Below are positions 36,673 to 40,938 of a DNA stretch of 40,938 bases, piece after piece. The stretch is from Paraglomus brasilianum. Lineage: Eukaryota. The stretch lies in assembly GCA_910592345.1 (NCBI GenBank), contig CAJVPI010000227.1, forward strand, positions 1 to 40,938, read 5' to 3'. Made by a program: the position numbers and the translations under genes. Positions within the stretch are counted from its first letter, which is position 1. Every line of letters begins with the position of its first letter. The notes under the pieces were generated by a model that was not told the DNA's origin, searched no databases, and was given only the letters and a program-made list of their open reading frames with translations.

Positions 36673-38811
36673 TCAATGGCCACTTTTATACAACTCAATC
36701 TTTTCTCTTATTTTTTCCTTTACCTCTGACATATTTTCATAGAAAATATACACCTTACTTCGTGCTTTACTAAATCCTTGTTCAGCTGCCTTTTCATAAA
36801 ACTCAAGTGCCTTTTTAATATCTGCCTCTACCCCAATTCCATTTTCATAATACAGGCCAAGCATATATTGTGCATAAACATTTCCTTTGTTAGCCCCCAA
36901 TAGACACAATTCAGTTACAGTACTAATATTAATGTTAATGCTAGTTATAATATCTGATCCAGCCACTTTGCTATAATACTTACTGTTTTTAATTTGCACT
37001 GACAAATGTGCTTGCTTTACTGCTCTCTCATACAAGTCAGCTGCTTTTTGTTCATCTTTTTCTACTCCAGTTCCATTTTCATAACATACAGCAAGACCAA
37101 CTTGAGCCCAGGCAAATCCTTGTTCAGCTGCTTTTTGATATAACTCAACTGCTTTTATTTCATCTTTTTCTACTCCAATTCCATTGGCATAACACAAAGC
37201 AAGGTTATATTGGGCACTGGCATCTCCTTGTTCTGCTGCTTTTTTATACAATTCAACTGCTTTTTGTTCATCTTTTTCTACTCCAATTCCGTTGGCATAA
37301 CACAAAGCAAAATTAAATTGAGCACTGGCATGTCCTTGTTCGGCTGCTTTTTTATACCATTCAACTGCTTTTTGTTCATCTTTTTCAATTCCAGTTCCAT
37401 TAACATAATATACAGCAAGAATAAATTGAGCACTGGCATGTCCTTGTTCAGCTGCTTTTCTATACCATTCAACTGCTTTTTGTTCATCTTTTTCAATTCC
37501 AGTTCCATTTTCATAACATACAGCAAAAATATATTGTGCACTGGCATCTCCTTGTTCTGCTGCTTTTTTATACCATTCAACTGCTTTTTGTTCATCTTTT
37601 TCCACTCTAGTTCCATTGACATAACATCCAGCAAGATTAAATTGAGCACTGGTATATCCTTGTTCAGCTGCTTTTTTATACCATTCAACTGCTTTTTGTT
37701 CATCTTTTTCTACTCCAGTTTCATTAACATAATATACAGCAAGAATATATTGGGCACTGGCAACTCCTTGTTTAGCTGCTTTTCTATACCATTCAACTGC
37801 TTTTTGTTCATCTTTTTCAATTCCAGTTCCATTAACATAACAATTAGCAAGATTAAATTGGGCACTGGCATGTCCTTGTTTTGCTGCTTTTTTATACCAT
37901 TCAACTGCTTCTTGTTCATCTTTTTCTACTCCAGTTCCATTAACATAATATACAGCAAGATTAAATTGAGCACTGGCATATCCTTGCTCAGCTGCTTTTC
38001 TACACCATTCAACTGCTTTTTGTTTGTCTTTTTCTACTCCAGTTCCATTAACATAACACAAAGCAAGATTAAATTGTGCAATGGCATGTCCTTGTTCAGC
38101 TACTTTTTTATACCATTCAACTACTTTTTGTTCATCTTTTTCTACTCTAGTTCCATCTTGATAACACAAAGCAAGATTAAATTGAGCATTGGCATGTCCT
38201 TGTTTGGCTGCTTTTATATACCATTCAACTGCTTTTTGTTCATCTTTTTCTACTCCAGCTCCATTAACATAACAAGAACCGAGATTAAATTGTGCACTGG
38301 GATCACCTTGCTCAGCTGCTTTTCTATACCAATCAACTGCTTTTTGTTCATCTTTTTCAATTCCAGTTCCATTGGCATAACACAAAGCAAGATTAAATTG
38401 AGCTCTGGCAACTCCTTGTTCAGCTGCTTTTTTATACCATTCAACTGCATTCTGTTCATCCTTTTCTACTCCAATTGCATTTGCATAACAAGAACCAAGA
38501 TTAAATTGAGCATTGGCATGTTCTTGTTCAGCTGCTTTTCTATACCATTCAACTGCTTTTTGTTCATCTTTTTCTACTCCAGTTCCAGTTTCATAACATA
38601 TAGCAATATTATATTGTGCATTGGCATGTCCTTGTTCAGCTGCTCTGTGATATAACACATGTTGCTTCCCAAGTATAAATGCACAAGTATAAAATATAGT
38701 GATAGTGATGAATATTAGCATCTTAATTGTCAATAATAACAATATTGAAGTCCTTCGACAAATTTGCAGCAGCCATGTGCAGAGGCTGCGGTCAAAAATT
38801 TTTAAAATCAT
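36673..38811 (-). CDS. Sel1-like repeat protein: 15 tandem 36-aa repeats, a unique insert and a 16th repeat; true 5' end uncertain
   Basis: Uninterrupted frame with consensus AAEQGHASAQFNLAxCYxNGTGVEKDEQKAVEWYKK. In-frame ATGs lie at 38811 and 38721, but the sequence before the first repeat looks intronic and ends in CACAG at 38645, so 38644-36673 may be the last exon of a longer or 5'-truncated gene. Confidence 0.85.
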   Translation of the reverse strand: MILKIFDRSLCTWLLQICRRTSILLLLTIKMLIFITITIFYTCAFILGKQHVLYHRAAEQGHANAQYNIAICYETGTGVEKDEQKAVEWYRKAAEQEHANAQFNLGSCYANAIGVEKDEQNAVEWYKKAAEQGVARAQFNLALCYANGTGIEKDEQKAVDWYRKAAEQGDPSAQFNLGSCYVNGAGVEKDEQKAVEWYIKAAKQGHANAQFNLALCYQDGTRVEKDEQKVVEWYKKVAEQGHAIAQFNLALCYVNGTGVEKDKQKAVEWCRKAAEQGYASAQFNLAVYYVNGTGVEKDEQEAVEWYKKAAKQGHASAQFNLANCYVNGTGIEKDEQKAVEWYRKAAKQGVASAQYILAVYYVNETGVEKDEQKAVEWYKKAAEQGYTSAQFNLAGCYVNGTRVEKDEQKAVEWYKKAAEQGDASAQYIFAVCYENGTGIEKDEQKAVEWYRKAAEQGHASAQFILAVYYVNGTGIEKDEQKAVEWYKKAAEQGHASAQFNFALCYANGIGVEKDEQKAVELYKKAAEQGDASAQYNLALCYANGIGVEKDEIKAVELYQKAAEQGFAWAQVGLAVCYENGTGVEKDEQKAADLYERAVKQAHLSVQIKNSKYYSKVAGSDIITSININISTVTELCLLGANKGNVYAQYMLGLYYENGIGVEADIKKALEFYEKAAEQGFSKARSKVYIFYENMSEVKEKIREKIELYKSGH
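37024..38643 (-). repeat. 15 x 108-bp coding tandem repeat with high internal identity
   Basis: Exact 108-bp period with no indels. The block GAAAAAGATGAACAAAAAGCAGTTGAATGGTAT is nearly invariant at the DNA level. Confidence 0.97.
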
Positions 38812-38985
38812 ACTTTCTACTCTACGCTTCGTGAATGTAATTCGGAAGTTAACTAACAAGCACTTTTGACGCTCTGTTTATGTTGTAGAAGACGTTTTGG
38901 TTTTGAATTCACCAGAAAGCGGCACAGTAATGTGACCATTCCGTACGCCAGTGAAGTCTTGTGTCGCATAGCACACAGATTGTGG

Positions 38986-39196
38986 GAAATCGGATTAAAA
39001 CGAAATTGGGGTCTTTTTGATCCTCTTTTAATGCCTCTGAACCCCACATATACTCTTCTATTAACAAAAGTTACCCTAAATCCCAACCCAAATCCCAAAA
39101 AAAGCCTAGAAAATTGCCCCCAAAAAATTTAAATTTTCATATTAAAATAGAGAAAATTTCGTTTTAATCCGATTTCGTTTTAACCTGTCACATGTA
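38986..39196. mobile_element. MITE-like or transposon-end hairpin immediately 5' of the Sel1 ORF
   Basis: Perfect 22-bp inverted repeat GAAATCGGATTAAAACGAAATT (38986-39007) / AATTTCGTTTTAATCCGATTTC (39155-39176), followed by a further copy of the TTTCGTTTTAA motif. Confidence 0.6.
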
Positions 39197-40864
39197 CTAT
39201 CAAACAGTTAACGATATCGAATAGTTATACTCTGATTGGTCGAATCTAAAGTCTTTGTTTTCTCGAGCTCAGTTGAGCTATCAATTTGACTTAAAAAAAT
39301 TTTTTGTTTATAAATAAAATAGGCTATAATGGATTATGATTCATTCTAGAAAGAAGGTATTTTCATTATGTTCGAGGATTAGTAGTACGTCGTCTACACT
39401 TATCGACCAATGTTCCATTAAACCACTTTCCTACTGCCTTCATCCACCTGGAATTTTAGCATAAAAGCTTCAATATTTAATGTATGATTGTTCTCAACAG
39501 GTATTTCACAAACTTTATATGTTCCAATTAATCGTAATATAAGCGTTGTATCTCAGTTTGGAATTTACTGTATGTCCATTCGGAATGGACATATGTTAGA
39601 TGGAAAGTTATGTCAATACAAATGAACATATATTAATATCAGATTGGAATAGTAAAGACAATCAGGTATGCATGTTTACACGTAGCAGCAGCCAAAAATT
39701 TGATTAAGATTTTATTACACCAAAACGTTTTCAATTGTTGAATGTTGGCAATGCTAATTAGCAAATACTACGTATACTTTGCTTTCATGGTAATGCTGCT
39801 AATAAGTTCATTAACATATAATAAATATCTACCTTCAATTACTTCTTCCGGTAAGCTTCATAAGAATTTATACGACCGTTTTTATATAACTGTTATTATT
39901 ATGCATAACCGATTTTATATCTACTGTTATGCATAAGGAAGCCCGCCACCTCCCTTGACACCGTGTGTGTATTTATAAGAAAAATAAATGCGCCGCGGTA
40001 TTCTTTCCTTGTGACATAATATGAACGTTTGAGTGGTAGTGTTGTTGTGAGAGGATCAGAAAAATATGTCCGTTTGATTTTGGAGAGGCAGAAAAAACTT
40101 GCGTTTGTTTGATTGTAAATATCGATGATACAAATAATTATAGGCTAAGATTGAAGGTTAATATAGTTTGATTGGTTTTGTTCGAATTCATTTTACTTGC
40201 ATAATACTGACCAGGCCTCACCTTTTATATAATTTACAATGGGTCTAAGAATCGATTTTGGAATCAATCTTTGAAACATGGTTAGACACTCCTAATTTGA
40301 ATGCCCGGCTACATTTAAACAGAGTATTATACACCGCTCGTATATGCACCTTACTCTATTTCAAGGGTTTTTGCGCGTTGGAGCCGCATAAATCTAGCTA
40401 CAACCCTCCACAAACTGGGAACTTTTACCAGAAAATTTTATTATTCTGTATATAAAGATCAATAATAATAAGGGTACATCAGTTAATCCGTGCAAATCAT
40501 TCTATACAAGGACAGCATACACGTAAAACAAATTACATAATTGGGACACCATTCTTCTAATCCGAAAGAGAAAAGAGTACCAGCAATAATACTTCTGCAT
40601 GTTAGCCATTCTCATTCGGTCATAATAGATATACAGTATTTATAAGTAAAAAACGCTACATAAAATACGCGTGCACGTTTAAAATTCAAGAACCTTTATA
40701 ATATTTTTTTATTTAAAGTATTACGTAAAAAAAGTCTGAAGCTAAATTAAATAGGTGGTAATGTCTTAAGAGATGAATAAGCAATATAAAATATGCCTGC
40801 CCGCTCTAGACATCTTTTACATAGTAAAAGGATGGCAGTTCCTCCCCACGACTTTGCGTTAATA

Positions 40865-40938
40865 CACTCATACCCCGTTTATATCCCCCCTTTCGTTTAG
40901 CTCAAAAGTGGGAATATAAGCGGGGTGGGGATATAAGC
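40865..40938. mobile_element. Another copy of the 30300/36300 TIR family (tiny MITE or right end), cut by the window edge
   Basis: TA|CACTCATACCCCGTTTATATCCCC matches the 30300 TIR at 20/24. It is followed by inverted copies GTGGGAATATAAGCGGGGTGGGGATATAAGC that match the start of the right TIR at 36277 (GGGGATGTAAGC). Confidence 0.7.

Noticed and set aside
37210..38655. 481-aa plus-strand ORF, and the short alternate-frame minus ORFs at 37278-38459
   Set aside because: Antisense and off-frame shadows of the 108-bp Sel1 repeat. A unit without a stop in one frame gives a long open frame when repeated.
39071..39097. Telomere-like CCCTAA/CCCAA run
   Set aside because: Only one true CCCTAA, and it lies inside the MITE-like hairpin.

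Overview
Eukaryotic, AT-rich, intron-containing fungal DNA. The gene families (tyrosine-kinase-like kinase with HRDLHPGN/WTSGN motifs, long Sel1-repeat gene, F-box-like orphan family) point to Glomeromycotina (arbuscular mycorrhizal fungi); this is inference, not a database result. A conserved core island (about 9.5-21.5 kb) holds three intact spliced genes: an FHA-RING E3 ligase (Dma1/Chf type, minus), a PP2A-like phosphatase (Ppg1 type, plus) and a cohesin-loader subunit (Scc4/MAU2, minus) with a very long Gln-rich N-terminal extension. The left flank has an orphan F-box-like gene running off the window, a decayed paralog of it fused directly to a decayed Sel1 gene copy, and a LINE 3' fragment. 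The right flank has Tc1 and pogo transposase relics, an intact 5-exon kinase, a 6-kb segment bounded by TA-flanked inverted repeats (30300-36300), and a Sel1 ORF with 15 near-identical 108-bp repeats that vary at a few positions. Both Sel1 copies sit in sharply bounded CpG deserts, and paralog comparison shows CpG-to-TpG/CpA decay directly. The best candidate for something new is a transposon-associated, repeat-shuffling Sel1 receptor locus; this is a hypothesis only. No CRISPR array, rRNA or complete tRNA is supported. All exon models, counts and family assignments were made by eye.
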